Below are positions 37,801 to 49,879 of a stretch of 64,000 nucleotides of DNA, piece after piece. The stretch is from contig JAAOMT010000480.1 in NCBI GenBank assembly GCA_016748015.1, forward strand, positions 496,001 to 560,000. Reading direction: 5' to 3'. The DNA comes from Geosiphon pyriformis uo1. Its lineage: Eukaryota > Fungi > Glomeromycota. Position 1 is the first letter of the stretch. Every line of letters begins with the position of its first letter. The notes below the pieces were generated by a model, which was not told where the DNA came from, did no database searches, and saw only the letters and a program-made list of their open reading frames with translations. Made by a program: the position numbers and the translations under genes.

Positions 37801-40800
37801 TAATATTAAAAAAGAGAAGATAATATTATTTATAGAAAAAAGTATAAAAAAAATAATAAAAAAAACAAATAAAAAAATAGACCAATAAGAGAATAGTATT
37901 AAGCATATAAGCATATTGTTAATAAATTATGGCACATTGCTTAGCAATATAAGCAATATTAGTAGATTAGGATATATTGCTCAGTAATATAAGCAATATA
38001 GTAGATTAAAACATATTGCTTAACAATATGAGCATTGTTTGAGAAATTATAGCACATTGCTCATGAATGTATAAGATCTTATAGAATATCAATTATGTAT
38101 ATATAGCAAAAATATTAGAAGCAAAAAAGACAGAATCCATAGCTAAAACACAAAGCTAGAATTTTCAGTTAAAAAACATAGTTAAAAGCAGTTCAAAATT
38201 CATATTACATATTAATAAATTATTAATTACCACTTAAATTTATGTTATTATTGCTTGATTAAAGAATATTAATTATTTCTGTTTTATCAACACTTTATGT
38301 TAATAGAATTTAATACTTAATTATACTAAAACAATAACTTTTAATCACAACTATTGATGAGATACTAATTTTTTCTTTTTATTTATTTATTTTTTATTCA
38401 TTTTTATTTATTTTATTTTGTTTTGTTGATTTACTAACTAATTAAAAAGATTAAAGTACAAAGTACTGACATTAGAAAAAGAATTAGTAAAAGACCCAAG
38501 AATAAGGGTAAACACTCATAATTAAGAGATAACTTACCAAAGAACTGGCCATCAAGCTGAGAAAAAAATTGACAGAATAAGATATTTTAAAAAGCTATAG
38601 ACAACAACACATACTAACTCAAAAGTTGGACAAAAAACTAAAACATTACAACAAGATATTGATATTGAATTTCTGTTTATTATACAAAGGACTTAACCAA
38701 AACTTTCAGACACCAAAACTTTTAGATATTACCAACTATATTACTTATTAAGCATTAAGTTACAGGTTTGTTATTTGTATTAACACTTTAAATAATTATC
38801 TGTAATAGTGTTAACATAGAAGAATTTTAAACATATTAAAAGAACAATTAATTATGTATTTGTTTTTTTGAATTTGATTAATACAGTAGGAGATCATAAT
38901 GTTTTGAATGTTGAAGAATATTTTGACATTAATTATCAAACTGTTTTTGTTTCTGTAAATTTGGATAGTCTGCTAAATGTGTATTTGAACTTTTTGTGTA
39001 AGCAAGCAAATAAAGATTGTTAGAAGTTTGATTTTAAGAGTTCTAATAAAGTAAAATGAAATAGATTTAAAGATGCTATAATAACTAATGCTGAAATGTT
39101 TTTTGATAAATTTATAGTATCTAAGAGATTATTGAATTTGGATCCAATACAAAATATTATTCATAAAATAATATGTCTATTGGCCAATAAAATATTCAAA
39201 AAAAGTAGTTTAAAGGCTTCAATAAAGTTTTTACCAAGAAGTTTTTTAAGTTTTACAAATTGAAGATATTGGTATTAAAGATTATTAAATTTTTACATGA
39301 AAAAACTAGTGTTGAATTTATTTTTTTAATAAATTATTGAGTATTTTTGGATAATAATAAGGCTTCAAGTATTCAAATGTTATTAAATTTTGGTGCTAAT
39401 TCTAGATTTATAAAATCTGCTCTTTTTGGCATAAAAAAAGCATATCATATCTTAAAACTTGCCAAATTGATAAAAGTAGAAGAAGCAAATATTAGGACTG
39501 CTATTGACAAGAAAATAAAAAGTTTTGCTGCCAACAAAAATCACATAATTAGAAGTATATTAGAGTGCTCTTTTTAAAAATTAGTGTTGAATCATTTGGT
39601 TGTAAATAGTAAATTAGTTATAAATTCTGAAAAGATAAAATATAAGATTGATATAATTATGGAGAGTTAAACAAAAAAAAAATCAGTATTAAACAGTATT
39701 TCCAATTTGTGACACTATTAATACATGTTATTGACTTATATTGATAATACTACTTTTTTCAAAATCATGAGTGCTATTGAATATAATAATATGATATACA
39801 TAATTAAAGATTTATTTAATAAGAAGACCACTAATTTGTTTACTATTATAAATAAACTTTAAAAGCACTATAATAATTCAATACTGTTGATGCTGTTGAA
39901 TGTTCTAAACACTTGTTTGGTATATGAATTGGTATTTTAATTATGAAAAAAGGCTTGGGTGTTAATGATTCCTAAATTATATGAATAAGAAAGCATTTTA
40001 ATTAACATCAAACTAATTGTTTTAATTAAAACTGCTTGAAAAATTTTTTTCAAAATACTCTACAACAGAATTTCTATAGCTTATAGAAAATTTAATGTTT
40101 TTCATAATGACAATTTTTTTGTGTTAAAAGGTACTATTACTCAGTTTTTTATTTTTATAGCAGGCTTGGTAATTAAAAATGCTCTGAAAAAAAATTGTAA
40201 ACTCTGGTTGGTTTTGTAAAACATGCAAAAAACTTATAATTTTGTTGATTAATATTATTTAGAAAATAGTTTAGTTCGAATTAAGATGTGTAAATGATTT
40301 ATTAGATTTTTTGGAAGTATTTACAATGATAAAATCAATCAAATTATGATAGATTATAGACTTACTAATAAGTACTAAGTACATGATAGTCTGAATTAGG
40401 ATAAGGTTTTTTTCTTTTTACTTTGAAGAATTTTTTATGACCCTTTTTTATGTGAAATCAAAAGGCATCAAAGCTTATGTAATTATTATATTGATATTAG
40501 GTTTGTTGCCAAAATTGGCAGACTAGAAAATTAGTATAAACTGATTTTTTATTTAATAATTAGTGCTTTTGTCAATAACACAACTTGGGTAAGAAGTAGT
40601 TAAACTGTTATTTAATATATTTTGAATGTTATAAATAATTTTTTTAAGATAAATAACATTTCAATAAACAATATAAAAACAGTAGTCATTCTTATTAATC
40701 AAAAAATAAGAGATATTTTATAATTAATAAGTAGTCTGCCAATATCTGTCATTTAAAAAAAGAAATTTTACAGATATCTTGGTATTTTTTGTCTTTTAAG

Positions 40801-41084
40801 AGTTTATCAAAACCTAGTTTAGTGAAAACTTATTTTAACATCAGGTTTTTTGCTAATTTGGTCCTAAAAAAAGCTATTTCAGACAAACAGTTTTTTTATT
40901 TGGTCTTGACTATGCTGTAGTCTATAATTGATTACAGAATTTAGTTTAATTTTATTTTTAAAAATATGTGTAATAAGTGGAATACATTGATTAGGAAGAG
41001 TTTGAAAATAAAAGCTGGTTTGCCAAAAATTTTTTTAACAAAACTCTTTATTATTTATTATTATATGGCTTAAAATTATTTAAA

Positions 41085-41414
41085 CAAATACAAGCTAAGA
41101 ATAAGATGGCTTCTATAATAGGTTTTTCAAATACTAGTAAAGTTTTTAGTTATTTGTTTAATTATAAGTCTTTAGATTTACAGATTTTGAGTTGGTTTTT
41201 TATTCACTTTTTGTATTATCCTATAAAGTTAAGAGTTAATCCAATTAACAAAATACAAGCTGAGAGTAAAATAATTTCTGTATTGAGTTTTTCAAATACT
41301 AATAGAGTTTTTAGTTATTTGTTTGATTATAAGTTTTTGGATTTGCAGATTTTGAATTGGTTTTCTATTTACTCTTTATATTATTTTGCAAAATTAAAAG
41401 TTAGTTTAATTAAA
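41085..41414 (+). repeat. In-frame ~165-bp tandem duplication inside LINE ORF2
   Basis: IQA..K..S...FSNT..VFSYLF.YK.LDLQIL.W occurs twice in and around ORF 41106-41642. Confidence 0.85.
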
Positions 41415-42202
41415 AACTTTCTGGCTGGTGTGGTAAAAATATTTTTAATTTATAACATGTTTCTTAACAACAATTTTCTTTCTGCATTCTGTTTTTTTGG
41501 TAGCATTCTAATGTTTTTTGTTTTAGAAAATTTGGTATTCTATGATGTTTTTTGCTCACTTAAGAGATTTAATATTGCTTTTGTTAAACAATTGTATAAT
41601 AAAAAAAATTTAGTTTTTAACTGGAAAAGCTTTTATTATTGAAAAAAACTTGATTCTAGAAATTTGGTTCTTGTTTAGTTTGGAATAACACATGACTTTT
41701 TGGCCAGTTCTGTATTTTATCTTAATACTTAGTTGTCCAATAACAACTCTTAGCCATTGAACATTTTTAATATTGGTGGTTTTTTTAAGATCAAGCTTTG
41801 TTTCACTAATATTAATTTGGATATTGTTAATATTTATATAAATGGATCTTTAGAAAACTTGAATATATATAAAATAAGGTGTAATGTGACTGTATTTTTT
41901 TCTAATTTAAATGCTAGTGTTGGTATTAAAGTTGGTAGTTTGGTATCTTTTATGATAGTAAAATTGCAAGTAATTGCTCTGGCTTTAAAATATGTTCCAG
42001 TTCACAGTATTGTTATAGTGTATTTAGACAATTAAACTGCTTTGAATGTTTGTGCTATGGAATTTATCATAAATTTGCCAGATTTTCACAATAGTTGCTG
42101 GCTAAAAAGATGTTATATTGTAAACTTTGTTAAAAATAAGAGACTTAATGTCTTTTGGAATAAAGTTAAGAAACATTTGGGTGTATTAGGCAATGAATAT
42201 AT

Positions 42203-42928
42203 TGTTACGGTTGAAACACATAGTTTTTATTAATTATTACATGTATTAGCCAATGATGTCATATAATTAGCCACCCTATTTTTAGATAGTGATCATTGAC
42301 CTGATCAATGATCTGACTGTTAACCTGATCATTGACCTGATCATTGACCTAATCAATAACCTGATCATTGACCTAATCATTGATCTGATCATTGACCTGA
42401 TCATTGACTACTTTAGATAGCTATATAAGCGATGATTCCCTTAGCTGTAGAAAGATATAATCAAAGTAATAAAATAAACAATATCAATTACTTCCTCTCA
42501 TAATCGCTTATTCCCTTTTCTTTACCTTCAAGTATCTACTTGTTGGCATTCACATACCTTATCTTTTTCTCTTCTTGATTTGTATTTGTTAGAATTAGCC
42601 TGAGAAGCAATTGGCTTGCTCTTGTAATTCATTGAATAAAGAAACAATTGAAAAGTACAACGATACCTGTTATTGATTCTAAAAATCACTGAGTTGAGGC
42701 ATAGAATAATAGCAGCAGTGTTATCTTGTTGACAATCATGGACTATTCCTCTACCTTTAGATTTAAGAAAAGATTAGTGACTGTGATTTTTATGAGACTG
42801 ATCACACACATTGAATTCCTATTTATTCAATTCGCTCTCTTATTGTAATTCCTTCTTTGTTTATTTCCATCACCATACAATACTGTTCTCCTTTGCTATC
42901 TATTAGCTTGTTACTCCAACTTGTAACA
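42203..42928 (+). repeat. 5' LTR of element C (726 bp), containing a 12-bp tandem array (CCTGATCATTGA)n at ~42290-42408
   Basis: Direct repeat of 49262-49879 plus 108 bp. Confidence 0.95.
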
Positions 42929-42934
42929 TAAAAG

Positions 42935-42951
42935 TGATGCTCCCTGTGAGG
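42935..42951 (+). promoter_or_regulatory. Primer-binding site, probably elongator tRNA-Met type (TGaTGCTCCCTGTGAGG)
   Basis: Lies just after the LTR; the same motif follows the A and B LTRs (TGGTGTTCTCTGTGAGA at 60016); resembles the complement of the eukaryotic elongator tRNA-Met 3' end. Confidence 0.6.
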
Positions 42952-42980
42952 TTGTCAAAATTCACTTATTCCCTCATTGT

Positions 42981-44534
42981 ATGGGTGATTACTCATATCT
43001 GCCACAGCAATCAGAAGAACACTTTGCAGCACACAACAGAAACAACCAAAGTTTTATTGAACTTAATCCTCTGCCCTCCTGCTTGATCTGCTTCCCCCTT
43101 GAAGAACAATCCAGTAGACAATTCCAAGACTTTTGGAACTGGTTTCTGAACGAGCATTCAGCTGAAATCTACAACACTTATACAACCTATTACTTTGACC
43201 AAGCTTATTTTGAAAACAACTTTGAAGAAAGAAACAATAGTATCAATCAGCTCTTATATTCTGCAACCTTTGAACAACAGCTTCCTGATTTCAAATATCT
43301 GAATCATCAAATCCACATTTGGATTGCTGCCCATTAAGCAACTGAAACTCCCTTTGAAACAGAAGAAGAAAGCTACCAAACTGCCCCTGTTTTTGATCTT
43401 TTATCAAGTAAATCAGACTTGTCTACACAAACAGTTACCCCTGAACTAATGGCTAATGACCCCATGCAAGCAAACATTTTGGCTGCCCTCCAAGGTATAC
43501 AAACTGCTCTAGGGCAAAGAAACAACATCCCAATACCATTATTTAGAGGTGATGCACAAGATTCAATTGAATGGTTAAATAACTTTGAAAGAGCCGCTAC
43601 AGCCAATCAATATGATGATAAGTACAAATTCCAAATTGTCGGTGGCTACCTTCAAGGATCCCCTGCTACCTGGTTCTCACAAGAAACAGATGTCAATGCC
43701 CAGCAAAGAATTGTTAGATGAACATCAGCAAATGTGGGAGAAATCAACACTTCTTTCACTACCCGGTTTGAAAACAAGTTTAGAACCCCAATATTAATAT
43801 CAAAATGGCATATGGAATTGGAAAGAAGAACCCAAGATCCCGGTGAAGTTGTAACCGAATACGCCAAAGCAATCAAAAAGTTAATCAAACGAGTAGACAC
43901 TGAAAGAAATTGGACAAAAGAGCAGAAAATTCACTCCTTCACAAAAAGATTGAGAACTGATCTATCGTATGCTCTTTGGCTCCTCCTGGTCCTGAAAGAT
44001 AATCTCACCATGGATATGGCTATTGAATTAGCACAAAGAATTGAAGACAACCAAAGGATGCACTTGGGATCCATATTACCAGTTTTTGCTCCTGTTCCTG
44101 TCATGGCTTCTGCCCCTCAAATGGCTGCTACTTCTTTTGCCACTTACACTCAAGATCCAAATGAACAGTTAATAGACAGACTCACAGCAAATCTTGCTTG
44201 GTTATTAGAACCCTTAGCCCAAGCAGTCAGAGAAAATCAGCAACCACAAAGACTCAGATTTGAACCACGTTTCAATCAGCCTCAGCAACTACCTTATCAA
44301 AGACAACAAAATCATGGCCCACCTGTATGCTATCGCTGTGGATTAACTGGACACTTTTCAAGAGATTGCAACAATCCTCCACTGCTTCCACCAGTCCCCA
44401 GAAACAATGATGCTCAAAACAACAGGATCAACAACAACAATGTGTCCAACCAAAGACCCAATCATGCCAACATCAATTTCTTTGGAGAGAATCCCCTAGT
44501 TAAAGCCACTGTTTATCAGCCTTTAAACTGGTAG
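42981..44534 (+). pseudogene. gag: gag of element C (single frame, with in-frame stops at 43337 and 43721)
   Basis: ORFs 42981, 43419 and 43734 share a frame; capsid-like IPLFRGDAQDSIEWL; CYRCGLTGHFSRDC knuckle. Confidence 0.93.
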
Positions 44535-44575
44535 GTGCACCTCCAAAGAGTGAGAGTGCAACCCAACCAGAAGAA
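44522..44575 (+). promoter_or_regulatory. Putative -1 ribosomal frameshift signal: T TTA AAC plus downstream hairpin
   Basis: The heptamer is in the gag frame two codons before TAG; the -1 frame is open into pol; a TGCAC/GTGCA stem follows. Confidence 0.75.
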
Positions 44576-47500
44576 AACCTCTTTTACGCTTTTAACTTAA
44601 CTGATAATGACCATGACATGGATGAATTAGCAATCAACCTCTCTGAATCCACAAGAAAGAAGAAGAAAGCCAAAGTTGATTTCGTTCTAGACTCCAATAA
44701 AGCTTCTACATCAACTGCTGACAACAATAAGCTCCCAAAAGCCAAAGTTTTCAAGAATTCTTCAAAGTTGAAACCCCCAGAAATAGTACAAAAATCCGGT
44801 CCCTATTCTGTTGTCAAAGACTTTATGGAAACCCCAGCACATATAACCTTTGGCCAATTGATGACCCATCCACAATTCAGAAAAGATTTTCGCAAATCCC
44901 TGATTCCAAAGAAAAAGACACCCAAAACCAACAAACACCCTTGCCAAGCTGGACTTGCTGACAATAGCAATATCATTCCTCTAATTTGTAAAGCCCAAGT
45001 GGCTGGCTACTTCATTAATTTGATCCTAAACAGTGGATCATCTGTTAGTGTTATTGCCAAACACTTTCTTAAAGCAATTGACAGAAAAATTAATGAACCA
45101 TCTACATGACCAATGACCAATGTGCATGGTGATAAGAAAAAAAAGCTTGGCATAGCCAAAGCTATTCCTGTCTGTATCAATGGCATCAGCATTGAAACTG
45201 ATATAGAAGTGTCTAAAGTAAAAGAATACACCATCATTGTTGGCAATAAATGGCTTAAGAAAGCAAAGGCTTTGCTTGATTATGAACTCTGTGAACTAAT
45301 CATCAGATGTGGTGAGAAACCCATTGTGGTTAAGTATCACCATTGGACAACTCCCCCAGTACCCAAGCAGAGCCCAGAAGAAAATGAATTAGATAAATCA
45401 GATGATAAAGAAAGTGAGGAAGAAGAAAAACAAGAAGAACAAAAAAAAACTACTGAACTCGCCTATACCATCTTTACTAGCAATGACAAACCACTGGATA
45501 ATGTTAAGGCAGATAAAGAAGGAATCATTGTCAATGGCAAGCTGATCTGCTGGCCTTATTATGACATGCTCAGAAGAACCTTTGACAGAAAGCCAGGCAA
45601 GAAAGCCAAATACAGTTATTGGTGGCATGGTCCTTATGCCTGGTGCTGGTGCGACAAACTATTGTATTCTCCTAGCGATGAATGCATGTCCTGCCTGATC
45701 TATTACAAAGATTGGGAACCAATCAGCTTGATACCCCAAGAGGAAATAAAAAAAGTCCAAAAGTCCTTTGAAAATGAACCACCTGAAATCCAATCATTGG
45801 TTGTAGAACAAAGAGAACTCTCTCCAAAAGAAAAAAAAGTAGACATTGAAAACCTGCTGGCTAAAAACAGCCCAGTTATCTCAAAAGAAAGTGAACCTCC
45901 TGGACGTACACATGTGATACAACACACCATCATCACCAGAGAAACTTGCCCCATCCATTTGAAGCCCTATCAATCTAACTGGCACAATGATGAGTTTATC
46001 AAAAAAGAAATAACCCGAATGAAAACCCTTGGATTCATACAGGAAACCAAGAGTGAATGGGCATTCTCAGTTGTAGTGGTATCCAAGAAAGGAGGAACCC
46101 TACACTTTTGTGTTGACTATCGCCAATTAAATGCTATTACTGAAAGAGACATGTACCCACTTCTCAAGATTGATGCAATGCTAAACCAATTCCATGGTGC
46201 CGCTTTCTTCTCAACCATTGACTTAACTGCTGGATTCTGAGAAGTAAAGATGGATCCAGAAAGCAGAAAGAAAACTGCTTTCATCACCAAGTATGGTACC
46301 TACGAGTTCACAGTCATGCTTTTTGGTCTCACAAATGCTCCTTCCACCTTTCAATGCTTAATGAACAAAGTATTTGAATCAGTAAAAGAAAACTTTGTTC
46401 TAGTCTACTTGGACGACATAATGGTATACTCAAAAACCTGGGATGAACACCTTGAACATTTGCAAAAGGTTTTTGATCTCCTTAGAAATGCTGGTCTCAA
46501 GATCAATCCAATCAAATCATTCTTTAGGCATCAATCCACCCAGTTTCTTGGCCATCTTATTACAAAAGATGGAATCTTCTCTGATCCAGCCAAAATTGAA
46601 AAAGTTCAAAACATTAGACAACCAATGAATGTTCATGAACTATGCTCTTTTCTTGGTTTGGCCTTTTATTATCGCAAGTTTGTCAAAGATTTCTCCAAAA
46701 TTGCTGCTCCTCTCAATCAGCTACTTAGGAAAAACATCAATTATCACTGGAGCACTCATCAACAAAAAGCATTTGAAATTCTGAAGGAAAAACTGGTTAC
46801 AGAACCCATCTTCATGCAACCTAATTTGGATCAACCTTTTATCCTCCACACTGATGCATCTGGCTATAGACTTGGTGCTGTTCTTTCCCAGAAAAATGAA
46901 AATGACAGGGAACATGCCATAGTATATGCCAGTAGAACTCTCACACCAGCAGAAAAAAACTATTCAGTTACTGAGCAAGAATGCTTAGCAGTAGTTTGGG
47001 CTACCAGCTACTGGGACAAATATCTTAAGGGTGTGAAATTTTTGGTGGTAACAGATTATCAAGCTATGGTTTGGCTACGCAACAAAAAAAACCTGGAACA
47101 TAAATAGATAACTTGCTGAATACTCCACTTGGACAAATTCGACTATGACATTCAACACCACAAAGGAGCTAATCATCAAAACGCCGATGCTCTCTCCAGA
47201 CTTACCATCCAGTGATAGTAAAACCCTCTCAAACCAAACCAACTTAATTATTTGTAACTCCCCTACAAACAAACACGATAATGGACTTGGACAACTACTC
47301 TGCTTTAATGAAATTTTTGGGTAAAGGACAATATCCGCCAGACTATACTTGACAGCAAAGAGAACATTTGTGCAAACAATCAAATTTCTATTTGATTCAC
47401 CAGAACCAGTTATATAAAAGAAATAAAAAAGATCCTGACCACCCCCAGAGAGTCATTAGATTTGAAGAAAAAGAAATTGTGATCTACAATATGCACACTG

Positions 47501-48588
47501 ATTCATTAGTTGGACACTTTGGAAAAACAAAAACAATTCAGAAAACTTTAGCTCACTATTATTGGCCTACCTTGGGAAAAGACATTGCTGAATACATCAA
47601 AACCTGTGATACTTGCCAAAGAAGAGGAAAACCCAATCGCAAGGAAGATATCCATCCAATCTCTGTTGGTCAACCATTTGATAGAATTGGTATAGATGTT
47701 GTTGGACCTTTAACAGTAACTCCTGATGGCAACAGATACATTATCACAGCTACTAACTATCTTACAAAATGGGTAGAAGCAAAAGCCACCCCAGATCAAA
47801 CAGCAGTTTCAATTGCCAATTTCATTTATGAAGATATTATCTGTCACCACGGCTGTCCCAAAAAACTTTTATCTGATAGAGGAAGAGCTTTTCTCAGTAC
47901 ACTGGTTGAAGAACTTTGCAGAAAAATGGGAATACGTCATAAACTCTCTTCCCTTTATCACCCCCAAACAAATAGCCTAGTGGAACATTTCAATAGAACA
48001 CTATGTGAAACCCTAGCCAAAACCAGTGAAGAAACCAACCTATGGGACAAAGTATTGTCTTCAGCCTTGTTTGTTTACAGAACTGTGAATCATGACATAA
48101 CAAGTTATGAACCCTTTTATCTACTCTATGGACGAATGGCAACTCTACCAATAGAAACGGATATAGAAACAATACTTTTTGAAGAAATAACAATAGGAGA
48201 TTACAAGAACATTTTGCAAAGAAGACTTGGTACCATTCTTGACTCATTAGTAGAAGCATAGATAATTGCCTTTGAAAAGATAAAACAGGTTCAAGAGAAG
48301 CTCAAAAAGAAAAAGACCTATAAAACACTTTCCTTAAGTGTTGGTGACTTAGTTTTGGAATACCATTCAGACAGAGACAATGTCTATGGTAATAAATTCT
48401 CTAGCTGGTGGAAAGGACCCTTTATAGTCAACAAAGTTTTGAACAATGGTTTTTATATCTTACAAGATCAATATAGAACAATATTCAGTGATCGTCCTGT
48501 TCATGGCACACGACTCAAGAAATATCACAAACAACCTGATTGGTTATCTGTTGTGGTAATACCGACCCAAATAATCAGCAAAAATTAG
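44528..48588 (+). pseudogene. pol: pol of element C: protease, Cys/Trp-rich insert, RT, RNase H, integrase
   Basis: LILNSGSS protease; FCVDYRQLN, FGLTNAPSTFQ and YLDD RT; LHTDAS RNase H; H..GH...CDTC and IGIDVVGP integrase; WKGPF motif. Confidence 0.95.
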
Positions 48589-48635
48589 ATATAAATAAAT
48601 GCACCATTCCCAAAACAGAGGTATCTTCAATCGAC

Positions 48636-49292
48636 ATGAACAATTATTTCCTGGATTAAAACATTCAAAATGTTTTCTATACTCTCTATAAGTACTGAAT
48701 CAAGAACTATCCAAATGCTACTCTGACTATCGGAAAACAAACCACTATAACAGACAACAGTGGAACTCACACTGTTATTAGACCAAAGAAAACAACTACC
48801 AGAAGAGAAAGAATTGGTAGCAAAATGGATAAATACCTGCTGGAAAGCATAATAGCAGCGATACTTTCATCTTCCAGCACAATTGGAAAAACAATACAAG
48901 AAATCTTGCCCATAGACAAAAACTTGTCATATGGAAGACAACTAGAACTCTATGGTCGTCTTGGTGAAATCATAGAAGACATGAAGCTCATGAAGAAAAC
49001 AACTTCAGAGATACAAGTGGAAATTTTGGGCATTATATGATTGAATGTCCCAAGAGTTTTGACCATTGCAAGAAGAGCCAGAACTCTTATACAAAGATTT
49101 GGTCTCTTGGATACAAAGCTTATTTCATCTCAAGTACTATATACTCTATCCACAAAAGACTTCAACAAACTAGTTAGTTTTGAGTTAGACAAAACCCTTC
49201 ACATAGACTATCCCATAAATAGTTTGATTTTGCCGGAGCTCAATCTCTTTGGAGAGGATGATGTTATGGTTGAAACACATAGTTTTTATTAA
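48636..49292 (+). pseudogene. Extra ORF3 (~218 codons) of element C, unknown function, running into the 3' LTR
   Basis: A single frame from ATG 48636 through ORFs 48825 and 49041, broken only by TAA/TGA codons explicable as CAA/CGA transitions. Confidence 0.7.
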
Positions 49293-49879
49293 TTATCACA
49301 TGTATTAGCCAATGATGTCATATAATTAGCCACTCTATTTTTAGATAGTGATTGTTGACTACTTTAGATAGCTATATAAGTGATGATTCCCTTAGCTGTA
49401 GAAAGATATGATCAAAGTAATGAAATAAACAATATCAATTACTTCCTCTCATAATCGCTTATTCCCCTTTCCTTACCTTCAAGTATCTACTTGTTGGCAT
49501 TCACATACCTTATCTTTTCCCCTTCTTGATTTGTATTTGTTAGAATTAGCCTGAGAAACAATTGGCTTGCTCTTGTAATTCATTGAATAAAGAAACGATT
49601 GAAAAGTACAATGATACCTGTTATTGATTCTAAGAATTGCCAAGTTGAGGCATAGAATAATAGCAGCGGTGTTATCTTGTTGACAATCACAGACTATTTC
49701 TCTACCTTCAGATTTAAGAAAAGATTAGCGACTGTGATTTTTATGAAACTGATCATGCACATTGAATTCTTACTTATTCAATTTGCTCTCTTATTGTAAT
49801 TCCTTCTTTGTTTATTTCCATCATCATACAATACTGTTCTCCCTTGCTATCCATTAGCTTGTTACTTCAACCCGTAACA
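49262..49879 (+). repeat. 3' LTR of element C (618 bp)
   Basis: Direct repeat of the 5' LTR. Confidence 0.95.

Larger units (their letters stand above)
29381..38807 (+). mobile_element. Ty3/gypsy family B element (decayed): 5' LTR 29381-30256, gag, PR, Cys-rich region, dUTPase, truncated RT, IN, ORF3, PPT 37808-37820, 3' LTR 37824-38807
   Basis: Two related LTRs with degenerate TGTTAC...GTAACA ends. Gag AYTPIAKLKKFT with a CYNCGKQRH knuckle; IKLILDSRS protease; FCVDYKKL RT; IGIDL integrase. Confidence 0.9.
42203..49879 (+). mobile_element. Full-length Ty3/gypsy LTR retrotransposon, family C (inactivated by point stops); TSD ATAT
   Basis: LTRs 42203-42928 and 49262-49879 (TGTTA...GTAACA); PBS ~42935; PPT ggagagga at 49251; gag-PR-RT-RH-IN order; ATAT on both flanks. 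Confidence 0.97.

Noticed and set aside
42981-43337. Separate ORF upstream of gag
   Set aside because: Same frame as gag; the TAA is most likely a mutated CAA.
48825-49292. env gene
   Set aside because: No signal peptide, furin site or TM anchor is visible.
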